Source: Caecitellus pseudoparvulus
Lineage: Eukaryota; Protista; Bigyra: Bicosoecida
Assembly (NCBI GenBank): GCA_965644315.1
Contig: CBFFRQ010000089.1
Span: 744,001-808,000, forward strand
Direction: 5' to 3'
Length of the DNA stretch: 64,000 nucleotides
Of this stretch, positions 44,001-53,300 are shown piece after piece. The notes beneath the pieces are model-generated. The model was not told the DNA's origin. It did no database searches and saw nothing but the letters and a program-made list of their open reading frames with translations. Positions within the stretch are counted from its first letter, which is position 1. Each line of letters begins with the position of its first letter. The position numbers and the translations under genes were made by a program.

Positions 44001-44170
44001 CTCGTGGGGTCTGGGATGCAAACAAGGAACCCGAGGCTCAGCGCAAGGGGAGCGCGCCAACCAAGGTTCAGCGCAAGGGGAGCGCACCAACAAGGGTTCA
44101 GCGTCCACCGAAACCCGCGACGATCCCCATGCCACCAACAAGCAAAGGACCATTCCCTCCTTCAAAGTGA
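35075..44170 (+). CDS. Giant (3031 aa) intronless surface receptor-like protein, copy 1: signal peptide, unknown N-domain, RCC1/BLIP-II-like repeats, IPT/TIG domains, Cys-rich region, ~9 TM, cytoplasmic tail
   Basis: Signal MKGSPLTLVLVAACAISSA; many H(T/F)C....G.V.CWG....GQLG repeats; IPT-type units (GNETLSIVGLHFG..VRVGDAEC..VSSTLARCRTP); C-x2-C-P-x-G-A-x-C and CAVGHTGVLCETCAVGY; TM block with KIGLNHMQ..WP and LGFLYMGY...WYE...LRK. Confidence 0.88.
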   Translation: MKGSPLTLVLVAACAISSARSLRLFPEGEARVTPVSYSALPNTGPRSVVRAASGTLNVSGATSPLHTALGGAALSVQREWLRWDFNVSLDTSRPSPPTALPPLPPGAAFAHHSAWVAGGTVEWEGHSASLPALNTSTVYGASMQNFSLGAAGLLGALDHGEGGMQARLAEAGNVMARFEMSWNGFSMEPSMQVSHLRVWRGGQWVHVHGPTVCTGVVVGHPLFNASLFEEFTPEVGPEHPGTFSVPVHPLRVTVHCDAAAMFLSTVEQRLLTHWAREWPSPPVLNLHSVRLHSLAPWVEGVGGLGAVPAEPSAWPALEREGAAERASMGIPLRTNSAGVVQLSMGKEHMCALLQGGTVRCWGEGGATVAVGYGAGRLGQGNTDDLGADISVTDIPDIALPGPAVWVQAGSFTTCAMLVGNRLHCWGDNSEGQLGLSHMQPVGASPASMPAEAEVPLPAGDVVVKIGLAATTTCMLTSVGEVKCWGSNFHAGYGLGPSGLAFRTGGFVSRTAAHSRSAVLSGPALDIQAGTGHFCALLTEGRVQCWGLAGEFPPFSGGSGQLGYGQTAFGMSPFTNLGDNETPASVGPVPIGAYAVYLSSGTFHNCIVTVEGKVRCWGANRDDGYGYGESGGGRLGIGMYPPGASGWDDASVGDDEPASAAPFIELPAPAVKVACGHIHSCILLVTNEVVCVGVDTDGVRARGFNQVAADWNRFVPQRKKNIKGATNFRMGPVLMPGAAADVHAGLINAGFESYGGVFQVSASPTTGITGRGSLANSLGDNEWLSQTGFLPEARHQASINVQPSIIGNLRLTPAKYGEAASVRLGLDGGCILTTWGGIKCWGDPRYNITGFNTADYLPTGDVYGDDELPWNSAGLNIPDGAVDIAAGARTVCVLFDATEFGKVLASSSHASRNVACWGDNNGLASTGGQGFEGQLVPFSGDSSSHGSHLPANWLSFPSPAVRIAGKFHHYCIIDATKHVLCWGDNSKAQLTHGTRSTQYVSQATRTLLMGGHGAVDVCAGEEHTCVILDDANSTVQCWGSHSQGQLGLNIHDLITGGHVSASFCSSQYNCHLSRDEVSTIGWGVPLNGSQPVSLTCGLAHTCAVFADGGVQCWGKNAAWKYLNAGASVELSVIEATTLGIKHASTTSRPLPGGGLTEENSHVGDDEYPSQMPQVQLSGKAISVDATETHTCVLLESGQIQCWGDGRLGELGTESAQLVGDDEHPSDVGPAHISGTFKQVSTGLHRTCGLRTTGHVRCWGSISRESPQTYQLASIRPGDTDSDEGTLRKIGDVRFQRWIRGPTDMQLDFSSYLSPVGLAPQLHLVGSVVQWRAVTQVRTCTARVCSLAGLGALPSWMVNLMLGAYEVDLPTLPAAATSAGQGSVCSLLGLPTLDAEKVCDASSTCTRAALDSRNSQCQNDDWVHTCMWPALDVSPSLLRLDSVSASEIVPGVRVPSQGGKVYINGEFWSLRMLSSLPLNLTVRFGSESAVCDSAALQSHTLIECFAPPVPPVPVSAGLVVELHHTVPGLPSPFKEESVKAFYLPPRLIVAYPSADIPNTGGLVALEGDHFGSGFPSSMAQTTYVILVPVGGSSDCSQVNPMLGSSVTIEAQPAPTVETLTILLPPGQQGACIAVQVADQRSNWLPLQYLQPSLDSVTPSTFLRPDGPGQAFGTFVFRGVNLAEPSFSLSGKVGNASCSHMIRVSSSMVSCFGVDLYRAFPTAFEGLISSITLQYTVRIGTQSLVQIKPNLATGINSIRVSSVAGFPVPLVGGEITIYASGLTRHEGTIAADTRRHGNESDIEAVTLGDGVPCSDIRTQGGQLWCTVPPGTGSLSPVYIRRLSSGSATFTQSQMRYADPEPSAVQSPSISAAGNETLSIVGLHFGSRDAPHIVRVRVGDAECAGVEVVSSTLARCRTPSLAEAGVTAEAVVSVQSLSGNWTALTQPVVYLTPTVLAVEGGAMLWGAQRLLHTFSIVGLYLGNTELLVDGVSDVGAGVGVMRFTVGSSGAGLSCREAGGRLTLEERDSRQRYSCEDMDVSRLPRPADGTTVEVSVAVESNDGVVVPVGSGSASLMGTPVVRSLIPRTGAAGAPVTVQGAGFGVSAGDVLGVTVGGHPAPSVEWTASSSLTFVLPDLNTTDPVALSGLRVSVLMRSGAESVGEGADGDVFNYAIPPQPPRVAPQLLCVRRDITGATRVAFGWDDDDVSRLVGVSAWVVEVGPWGGGSEARPQTLVYAAEPGAAAAVTQLQALDVECYVGAWPAPSVNRTAVAAAVAARSPDGSYQRLVEITIPGLSAAPLSVRVRGSSDISSRQQDGPASRAAGPVFERCGTDAFLATHEIVEGRTSQAVCRSCPVGAVCGGLPWEGMRAARGYFRVPWGESGLTFSPCRSDAACPGEPPVVPLQAVWLGASRRRALGAGANSSQDLCLDAGCLGQRSEAQAVPVEFLGSMVAVPEELGQHSANSTVSSGSAGQEQCAVGHTGVLCETCAVGYGKVGSDEVCTQCRGGQAAAVALLVAVVVLVAAVCGFLAWSSLSQAKANEGTAIQKIGLNHMQQVALMGSFALQWPDPFLWLMDFFDTASSGSTGFFSMDCVRPDSSTLDTSGLSTFQLKTLMVFLLPFIVLALAGCVLGIAVLVRQVRLARARQFGVVFLFVTLFMLYTSFIRAAMQLFACEDVGGEAYLSADVSVPCRGTEAWRFGVGVPTLLLFGAAAPVGAAWMLSRRRSKLYTSDWHKATLGFLYMGYTEETFWYESAVLLRKAVLAAVLILTTPMGLLWQVSGALAVIFGASLLTATRVPFRNKTANRLELVSLALSILTLVGGVMLYDIASREVQTSSHFDIASVISVMLTLLNGIFLITTLVIVLRARGSQILDVAKSAAAPIGALVKSASLRFSGAASASEPPPKLSGQRMSRRPSLTPQAPPSPREAVTSAGDPTGQTTVSVLQTAREGRVMKASAAKGAQTSAPASPSQVYEVRNPMARGVWDANKEPEAQRKGSAPTKVQRKGSAPTRVQRPPKPATIPMPPTSKGPFPPSK
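35177..36531 (+). repeat. Inverted repeat block A, left arm (pairs with 51940-53294)
   Basis: Reverse-complement match on a constant diagonal (coordinate sum 88471). Near-identical, with scattered substitutions and short variable patches after ~36230. Confidence 0.9.
40334..43405 (+). repeat. Inverted repeat block B, left arm (pairs with 45039-48110), 3072 bp
   Basis: Same coordinate sum (88444) at both ends, so no net indel. About ten substitutions found by eye, three of them non-synonymous (SVAG/SVSG, CEDM/CVDM, GSGS/GAGS). Confidence 0.95.
44038..44103 (+). repeat. 30-bp coding tandem repeat (~2.2 copies, QRKGSAPT[K/R]V) in the copy-1 tail
   Basis: tcagcgcaaggggagcgcgccaaccaaggt tcagcgcaaggggagcgcaccaacaagggt tcagcg. 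Confidence 0.85.
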
Positions 44171-44315
44171 GCCACTTCTCTTTTTGCATGGGAGTCTCGC
44201 GAACAGCGAGCTTAGAGTGTCGCTCATACAATGCATTTTGTAGATATGTAGGTCGGCTCCAATCGAGCGCGGAGCCCAGTGCGCTCCCAACATCCATCAG
44301 TGGCAGGAATGCAGC

Positions 44316-47300
44316 TCAAACCCCAAGTTTAGAGCCCTGTGACTGCTTTCGAACTCGAGACTGCCGTCGCATGCTTCGACGAGGAGTTGGCGCTTGGCGG
44401 TCTTGCCCAACGGTTGCAGCCCCACCTAACTGCCGCCCCAAAGGGTTCTGAATCTGGTAAGTGTCCAATGGGCTTATGTGGGCTTTGGGCTGTGACTCCT
44501 GACCACCTCCAGACCCGAGCACTGGCAGAGTTGCTTTTGACTGGGGGTGAAGCACCGATGTCGGAGGTGGTTGCTTGGCTGGTGCTGCTTTCAGCACACT
44601 CGCCGATTTCGGAGCAGCCTTGGAGGCAACAGGCGCGCTTTTGCCTTGGCCTCGGCGCAGCGGAGCCCCAACGAGCGTGCGACTTGAAAGCGATCGGAGG
44701 CGCGAAGATGCTCTGCGAAGGAAGCGGGCCACAGGTTTGTCAGACTGCTCTGCCAGCTCAACCAGGGCTGCTGCCCGTGCCCTGAGAACAGTCCATACAA
44801 CAACTGCAAAGAACAAACAGTTCAGAGCAGTCAAGACGACGGAAATAGCGATGGCAGACGATGGGGCTACGTTGGGCCCTGACGGGGAGCTCTGCTGATC
44901 GATATCATACAGCATAACGCCTCCAGCCAGCGTCACAATTGACAGGACCAGGCTTGCGATCTCAAGATGATTCGACACTTCCGAGCGGTACGGTAGGCGC
45001 CTCGCTGTGAGCACAGAGCAGAAAACTAGAACCATCAACGCCCCGGACACCTGCCACAGCAGGCCCATCGGCGTCGTCAGTATCAACACCGCCGCCAACA
45101 CGGCCTTGCGCAACAACACCGCAGACTCGTACCAGAACGTCTCCTCAGTGTACCCCATGTACAGGAAGCCCAGCGTCGCCTTGTGCCAGTCGCTCGTGTA
45201 CAGCTTGGACCGCCGACGCGACAGCATCCACGCTGCACCCACAGGCGCCGCCGCCCCAAACAACAACAACGTCGGCACACCCACCCCAAACCGCCACGCC
45301 TCTGTGCCACGACACGGCACTGACACGTCCGCCGACAGGTACGCCTCGCCCCCCACGTCCTCGCACGCAAACAGCTGCATCGCCGCGCGGATGAAGGACG
45401 TGTACAGCATGAACAGCGTCACGAAGAGGAACACCACCCCGAACTGCCGCGCCCGCGCCAGCCGCACCTGCCGCACCAGCACAGCTATGCCCAGCACGCA
45501 GCCCGCCAACGCCAGCACAATGAAGGGCAACAAGAACACCATCAACGTCTTCAGCTGGAATGTGCTCAGGCCGCTGGTGTCCAGGGTGCTGCTGTCGGGG
45601 CGCACACAGTCCATGGAGAAGAACCCCGTGCTGCCACTGGACGCCGTGTCGAAGAAGTCCATCAGCCACAGGAACGGATCAGGCCACTGCAGCGCAAAGG
45701 ACCCCATCAGCGCCACTTGCTGCATGTGGTTCAGGCCGATCTTCTGGATGGCCGTGCCCTCGTTGGCCTTTGCCTGCGACAGCGACGACCACGCCAGGAA
45801 GCCACACACTGCCGCCACGAGCACCACCACCGCCACCAACAGCGCCACAGCGGCTGCTTGCCCGCCCCGGCACTGAGTGCACACTTCGTCAGACCCCACC
45901 TTCCCATACCCCACAGCACACGTCTCGCACAGCACGCCCGTGTGCCCCACTGCACACTGCTCTTGCCCGGCGCTTCCGCTGCTGACAGTGCTGTTGGCGC
46001 TGTGCTGCCCCAGCTCCTCGGGCACAGCCACCATGCTGCCCAGGAACTCCACAGGCACGGCCTGCGCTTCACTGCGCTGCCCCAAGCACCCCGCATCCAG
46101 GCACAGGTCCTGGCTGCTATTCGCGCCCGCACCCAGTGCCCGGCGCCGTGAAGCGCCCAACCACACAGCCTGCAACGGCACCACCGGCGGCTCGCCAGGG
46201 CATGCCGCATCACTGCGACAGGGTGAAAAGGTCAACCCCGACTCGCCCCAGGGCACACGGAAGTACCCCCGCGCCGCACGCATGCCTTCCCACGGCAGGC
46301 CGCCACACACCGCCCCCACAGGGCAGGACCGGCACACCGCTTGGCTCGTGCGCCCCTCGACAATCTCGTGTGTGGCAAGGAAGGCATCTGTGCCACACCG
46401 CTCAAACACTGGCCCGGCCGCCCGTGACGCTGGCCCATCCTGCTGCCGGCTGCTGATGTCGCTGCTGCCCCGCACACGCACTGACAGCGGCGCAGCGCTC
46501 AGACCCGGGATCGTGATCTCCACCAGACGCTGGTAGCTGCCATCTGGACTGCGTGCCGCCACAGCAGCCGCCACGGCTGTGCGATTCACAGACGGCGCCG
46601 GCCAAGCACCCACGTAGCACTCCACATCCAGTGCCTGCAGCTGAGTCACGGCAGCTGCCGCACCTGGCTCTGCTGCGTACACCAGCGTCTGAGGCCGGGC
46701 CTCGCTCCCCCCGCCCCATGGGCCCACCTCCACCACCCATGCACTCACACCCACCAGCCGCGACACGTCATCGTCATCCCACCCAAACGCCACACGGGTC
46801 GCACCCGTGATGTCACGACGCACACACAGCAGCTGGGGCGCCACTCGAGGCGGCTGTGGCGGAATGGCGTAGTTGAACACGTCGCCGTCTGCCCCCTCAC
46901 CGACAGACTCTGCGCCACTCCGCATGAGCACCGACACACGCAACCCGCTCAGCGCCACAGGGTCCGTCGTGTTCAAGTCCGGCAGCACAAACGTCAAGCT
47001 GCTGGACGCCGTCCACTCCACCGACGGCGCAGGGTGCCCCCCCACTGTCACACCCAGCACATCCCCCGCACTCACGCCAAACCCTGCCCCCTGCACCGTC
47101 ACAGGTGCCCCCGCTGCGCCTGTCCGTGGGATCAAACTGCGCACCACTGGCGTGCCCATCAACGAGGCACTGCCTGCACCCACTGGCACGACCACACCAT
47201 CGTTGCTCTCCACCGCCACTGACACTTCCACAGTCGTGCCATCTGCAGGCCGAGGCAGTCGAGATACATCCATGTCCACACACGAGTACCGCTGCCTGCT

Positions 47301-50300
47301 GTCTCGCTCCTCCAGCGTCAACCGCCCCCCCGCCTCTCGGCAGCTCAGCCCAGCACCGCTGCTGCCCACAGTGAAGCGCATCACGCCCACCCCAGCACCA
47401 ACGTCCGACACACCGTCCACCAGCAGCTCTGTGTTGCCCAAGTACAAGCCCACGATGGAGAACGTGTGCAGCAGACGCTGCGCCCCCCACAACATGGCAC
47501 CACCCTCCACAGCCAGCACTGTCGGCGTCAAGTACACCACAGGCTGGGTCAAGGCCGTCCAGTTCCCACTCAACGACTGCACTGACACCACTGCCTCCGC
47601 AGTGACCCCTGCCTCAGCCAGAGATGGCGTCCGGCAACGCGCCAGCGTGCTGGACACCACCTCCACACCCGCACACTCAGCGTCCCCCACACGCACCCGC
47701 ACGATGTGGGGCGCGTCCCGGCTGCCGAAGTGCAGCCCCACGATGGACAGCGTCTCATTCCCAGCAGCGGATATGCTGGGACTCTGCACTGCGCTGGGCT
47801 CTGGGTCGGCGTACCGCATCTGGCTCTGCGTAAAGGTCGCGCTCCCACTGCTGAGACGGCGTATGTACACGGGGGACAGGGACCCGGTGCCCGGCGGCAC
47901 GGTACACCACAGCTGCCCACCCTGAGTGCGGATGTCGCTGCAGGGCACACCGTCACCCAGCGTCACCGCTTCAATGTCGCTTTCGTTGCCGTGGCGCCTG
48001 GTGTCAGCGGCGATGGTGCCTTCGTGGCGAGTGAGGCCAGACGCGTAGATGGTGATTTCGCCGCCCACCAGGGGAACAGGGAAGCCAGAAACTGACGAGA
48101 CACGGATGGAGTTCACTCCAGATGTTGCCCGGGAAAGGGAGGTGACTGACTTCGAATCACCGATCAGCACTTCCAACATTGCAGACACGAAAACCACCCC
48201 GCTTATCCCTGATGCTGGGAAAGCATGAAACAAATCAACATTCTGGCATGCTACTTCCCGGATCGAGATGCGTGCGGCCGGTCGACAAGGCGCATTCTCA
48301 ACTTTTCCGTTTAGGACGAAGCCCAACTCTGCAAGGTTCGACCCGATGAACGTGAAATTGGCAAACGCTCGATCCGGCGCATCGGGGCGCAGAAATGCCG
48401 CAGGTTCCACCCTGTTCAATTGCGGCGTTGCGTACCCAAGATTTTCCCACTCGGAGATCTGGCCAGAAACCTGCACAGCGACACAGAGCCGCTGCTGGCC
48501 GGGAGGAAGCGACGCAAGGACTCTTCGGTTTGATGATTCCGGCGAGGGCAGGACAGGCAAGACAGTCACCGTGGCATTTGCAAGGGCCTGAGGAAAGCCA
48601 CTGCAATCAGTGGCATTGCCAACGGGAGCGACGAGGACGTCGGTTGTGTTGACCAAGTTCTGAGGTGTCCTTCCGCCGAAGTTGTCGCCCACTAGCTCCA
48701 CGACTTGGCCAGCATTCGAAATGCCGTTGGCGGGAGACACGCGGCCCAGAGTTGGCTTCGCGTACACGGCTCTCACTGCAGGGTTGACGACAGGGGAGCT
48801 CAAGACCGGGATGTTGTGCTCCAGTTTGACAGTGAGACCTTGTGAGACATCCAGAGCGGGGACACTCGGCGCGACACACTCGATCAAATCGTGCGAAACA
48901 GTCAGACCCGACTCAAGCCGACACTCTGTTCCGCCATCACCAAGCTCAATGCGAAGGACAGGTTCAATGTTGGAGAGCATGAAGACGGGCCAAAATGCGC
49001 CCTTCAGACTCATCCTCTCGCCTGTTGACGGAATGGTGGGAGAAGTCAACAGGTTCGCACTCGGGACGAAGCTTGAAATGCTGAGAGGGGGCAAACCCCC
49101 CTGGCCAGCTGGCCACAAACAAGTTTTCTTCCAATCATGCAACTGCCCCCTGCTCGAGGAAGGTCCGCAGCCCGCACCGGCGCGGGCACACCATGTCGTT
49201 GCATCGCAGACAGTCTCGGTCAGCGATCTGAAGTTCCGCCCGAAGTATGTCCAGCACACATCGCGTTGTGGATCAGCCATGGCTGCTGCGGGTGCATCGG
49301 GTAGCGTCACCTCGGCTGCACCTTCCATTGTGAACAACATCCACGGAGGCAAGGCGACTAAATCCTGCACAGTGCAGAGCGGGGACGGACAGCTCCTCAC
49401 CTGCGCGACGCTGCGCCACTGCGCGACAGATCCCACAAGGTACAAGTCTGGGTGGAATCCGACTGGTTTGAGGTAGCTGGAAAGGTCCAGTTGCACGTTT
49501 GCAGGGGCTCTCATCCAGCGCTGAAAACGCCGGTCCCCAATACCCTGCAGGACAGCGTTGTCAGCATCATCATCTCCCGGCCGGATGGACGCCAGAGCAT
49601 ACGACAGCTGCTCATCAGGATGCAAGGCTCCCCAGCAACGCATGTGGTGTGAGGCAGTCACGCCACACGTAACGCGCTTTCCAGCTGAGATCTGCTGAAA
49701 AGTGGCAGCAACACGCGCCGGGCCTGCATCGGCTGGGTGCTCGTCGTCTCCGATCAACGCCTTGCTCTCGAGACCCAGGGCGCCGAAGAACCCCTCTCCC
49801 CAGCACTGCACACGCCCGCCTTCGAGCAGTGCGCAAGTGTGCCTGTCGGTGCCATCGACGGCTAGTGCAGCGCCGCTCAGCTGCAGCCGCGGCATGCTGC
49901 TCGGGTGCTCATCATCGCCGACATGAGCTGGGATTGTGAAATTGAGGCCCTGGGGTCCGGTGAGGGACATGTTCGCTGCACCTGCGAGACCAAGGTTCGC
50001 AGCTTCCAAAATGGAGACAGCGTTCTCCGGGTTTGCATCGTAAACATTCCATAAGGCGTTGCTGCCCCAGCACTGAACGCCGCCATCAGCGAACACAACG
50101 CAAGTGTGAGAGTGCCCACATCCAATGGATACCGGAACATCCCCATTCAACTGAACAGACACGTTCAGCGCGTTGCCTTGGTCAATGGACCAAGTGCAAT
50201 TGCTTGAACTTGAGCAGAAAGGCTCAATGCTACTATTGGCTCTGATTTCACTGATGGGGATGCCAACCTGACCCATGTTATTGAACCCCCAGCACTGAAC

Positions 50301-53300
50301 GGAGCCCTTACCATCTGCCAGAATTGCGCATGAGTGAAATTCACCAGTGCAAATGTCGACCGCCCCCGCTCCACCAAGGAGGCGGCGCCGCTGGGCAGCG
50401 TGAACGGGCAGATCGGAGCCCGCACTGTGCCCACACTGCCCTTTGTCATTTTGCCCCCAGCAGATCACGTAGCCTTCGATGTCAATGCCGCAGTAGTGCC
50501 GCCAATGCCCCGCAAGCTTTGCCAGGGGAGCAGTGAAACCCAACCAGTTGTTCGGGAGGTAGGCAAACAGGGCTGTGCCGGGCGGAGCAAAAGGCGCCTC
50601 AGCAGTCCCGTATGGAGTTTGTGTCCCCAGGTTTTTTCTGGTGTTCCTACCCCAGCAGACAACGTTGTGCGATGCTTGCTGGGGGAAAGCGACAATCCCC
50701 GCAAAAGCTACTGGGTCAAACAAGATGCACACTGACTCCTTTCCTGGCACGACGTCCACTGCACCATCTGGTACGTTCAAGCCGACGGAGTCCCACGGCA
50801 GCTCGTCATCTCCATACGTGCTGCCTGTTGGGAGGAAGTCCTCAGGCTTGAAGCCCAGCAGGCCAAACCGAGGCCTGCCCCAGCACTTGACCCCGCCCCA
50901 TGTGGTGAGCGCACAGCCAAAGGAATGCCCCATGCGCACCTTGGCCACTTGGTCACGAGTGGAAGGTTTCAGCCTCAAGTTAGAAATGTAGGCGGACTGG
51001 CTAGGAAGATGCCCAGAGGTCGGATCCGGAGGGCCGGCCAGGAAAGGAGTGTGAGACAGCCACTCGTTGTCCCCGAGTGAAGTCCCAGTGTTGCCGTTGC
51101 CATGAATGCCAAATCCAGCAGTCCCTGAAACTTGAAACCCGCCGCCTTCCAAGTCGAAGGCTGCGTTAATATACCCAGCATGCACGTCAGCGACTCTGCC
51201 TGGGAGGGGAATGGGTCCCATGCGGAAGTTCGTGTCCACGTTGAGCTCGTTTGCTGCAGTGTTCACCCTGTTCCAAGCGGGCACTGCTGTGTGAAAGCCC
51301 CAAGCCTTGACGCCAAGGTTGTTGCCGCCGATGCACACCGCTTCACCGGTCACAAGAAGAATGCACGAATGCATGTGGCCACAGGCTACCTTGACTGCCG
51401 GTGCTGGTAGTTCAATGAAGGGGGCGGCAGACGCTGGTTCATCATCACCAACGTTGGCATCTGAAAAGTCGCTCGCTCCAGGTGGGTAAACTCCGATACC
51501 AAGGCGTCCTGCGCTTTGTCCTCCGAGTGCGCCTTGTCCGTTCGCCCCCCAGCATCGTACACGGCCTTCCGTGTTGATGATGCAGTTGTGAAAGCCTCCC
51601 ACCGAAAGCGACACCGCATATGCACCAATAGGTACTGGACCAAGAGATGCTGGCGTCTCCATCATCCCCATGAAGGGAAGCGAGAACGCGCCAAATGCAG
51701 TCTGTCCGTAGCCAAGCTGGCCTTCCCCGCCGCTGAATGACGCAAGTGACCCTGCGTACCCCCAGCAAATCACACGCCCCTCAGTCAACAGAGCGCAGAA
51801 ATGTCCGAACCCTGCTCCTATGTCAAGGGCCGCAGCACCGAGCACGGCAGGCCTTGCCTGGGATGCAGTGAGCCCTGGCGAGCCCCCGATCTGAAACCCA
51901 GTTCCACTTGGGCCAAGGCCGTAGCCTCCCTGAGCTGTAGACCCCCAGCACTTCACTTCCCCGACGCTGGTCAGCATGCAGGTGGTCGTGGCTGCAAGCC
52001 CGATCTTGACGGCAATGTCCCCCGCAGGCAGCGGCACCTCCGCATCTGCCGGCATGTACGCTGGGCTGGCCCCCACAGGCTGCATGTGGCTCAGTCCCAG
52101 CTGCCCCTCGGAGTTGTCGCCCCAACAGTGCAGCCGATTCCCCACCAGCATTGCACATGTACTAAAAAGGCCCGCTTGTACCCACACTGCCGGGCCCGGC
52201 AGGGCGATGTCTGGAATGTCAAGCATGGACTCGGTGCCGCCAAGGTCGTCAGTGTTTCCCTGGCCCAGGCGCCCCGCACCGTACCCCACCGCAACAGTTG
52301 CCCCCCCCTCGCCCCAGCACCGCACTGCCCCCCCTTGCAGCAATGCACACATGTGCTCGTTGCCCATGGACAGCTGCACGACGCCAGCGGAGTTGGTGCG
52401 CAGGGGAATGCCCATGGACGCCCGCTCCGCAGCCCCCTCTCGCTCCAAGGCTGGCCAAGCTGACGGCTCTGCAGGCACAGCACCCAGACCCCCCACCCCT
52501 TCCACCCACGGCGCCAGGGAGTGCAAGCGGACGCTGTGCAGGTTCAGCACCGGCGGGTAGGGCCACTCCCGCGCCCAGTGCGTCAACAGCCGCTGCTCCA
52601 CAGTGGACAGGAACATGGCCGCTGCGTCGCAGTGCACAGTCACCCGCAGGGGGTGCACCGGCACCGAAAACGTGCCTGGGTGCTCTGGACCAACTTCCGG
52701 CGTGAACTCCTCGAACAGGCTGGCGTTGAAGAGGGGGTGCCCCACCACCACCCCCGTGCACACTGTGGGGCCATGCACGTGCACCCACTGCCCCCCCCGC
52801 CACACACGCAGGTGGCTCACCTGCATGGACGGCTCCATGCTGAAGCCATTCCACGACATCTCAAAGCGCGCCATGACGTTGCCCGCCTCGGCCAGGCGAG
52901 CTTGCATGCCGCCCTCGCCGTGGTCCAGCGCGCCCAGCAGCCCGGCAGCGCCCAGGCTGAAGTTCTGCATGGACGCACCGTACACTGTGGAGGTGTTCAG
53001 AGCAGGCAGGCTCGCAGAGTGGCCTTCCCACTCCACAGTGCCCCCTGCCACCCATGCGCTGTGGTGGGCAAAGGCAGCCCCTGGGGGCAGCGGCGGCAAT
53101 GCCGTGGGCGGGCTGGGCGTGGAGGTGTCCAGGGAGACATTGAAGTCCCACCGCAGCCACTCCCGCTGCACAGACAGTGCCGCGCCGCTCAGCGCCGTGT
53201 GCAGGGGGGAACTTGCCCCTGAAACGTTGAGAGTGCCGGACGCCGCCCGCACAACGCTGCGCGGCCCCGTGCTGGGCAGCGCAGAGTACGAGACAGCAAT

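Noticed and set aside
35177-53294. Large inverted repeats as terminal inverted repeats of a transposon, Polinton or endogenous virophage
   Set aside because: The repeats lie inside two intact paralogous receptor ORFs. No transposase, integrase, polymerase or capsid gene and no target-site duplication is seen.
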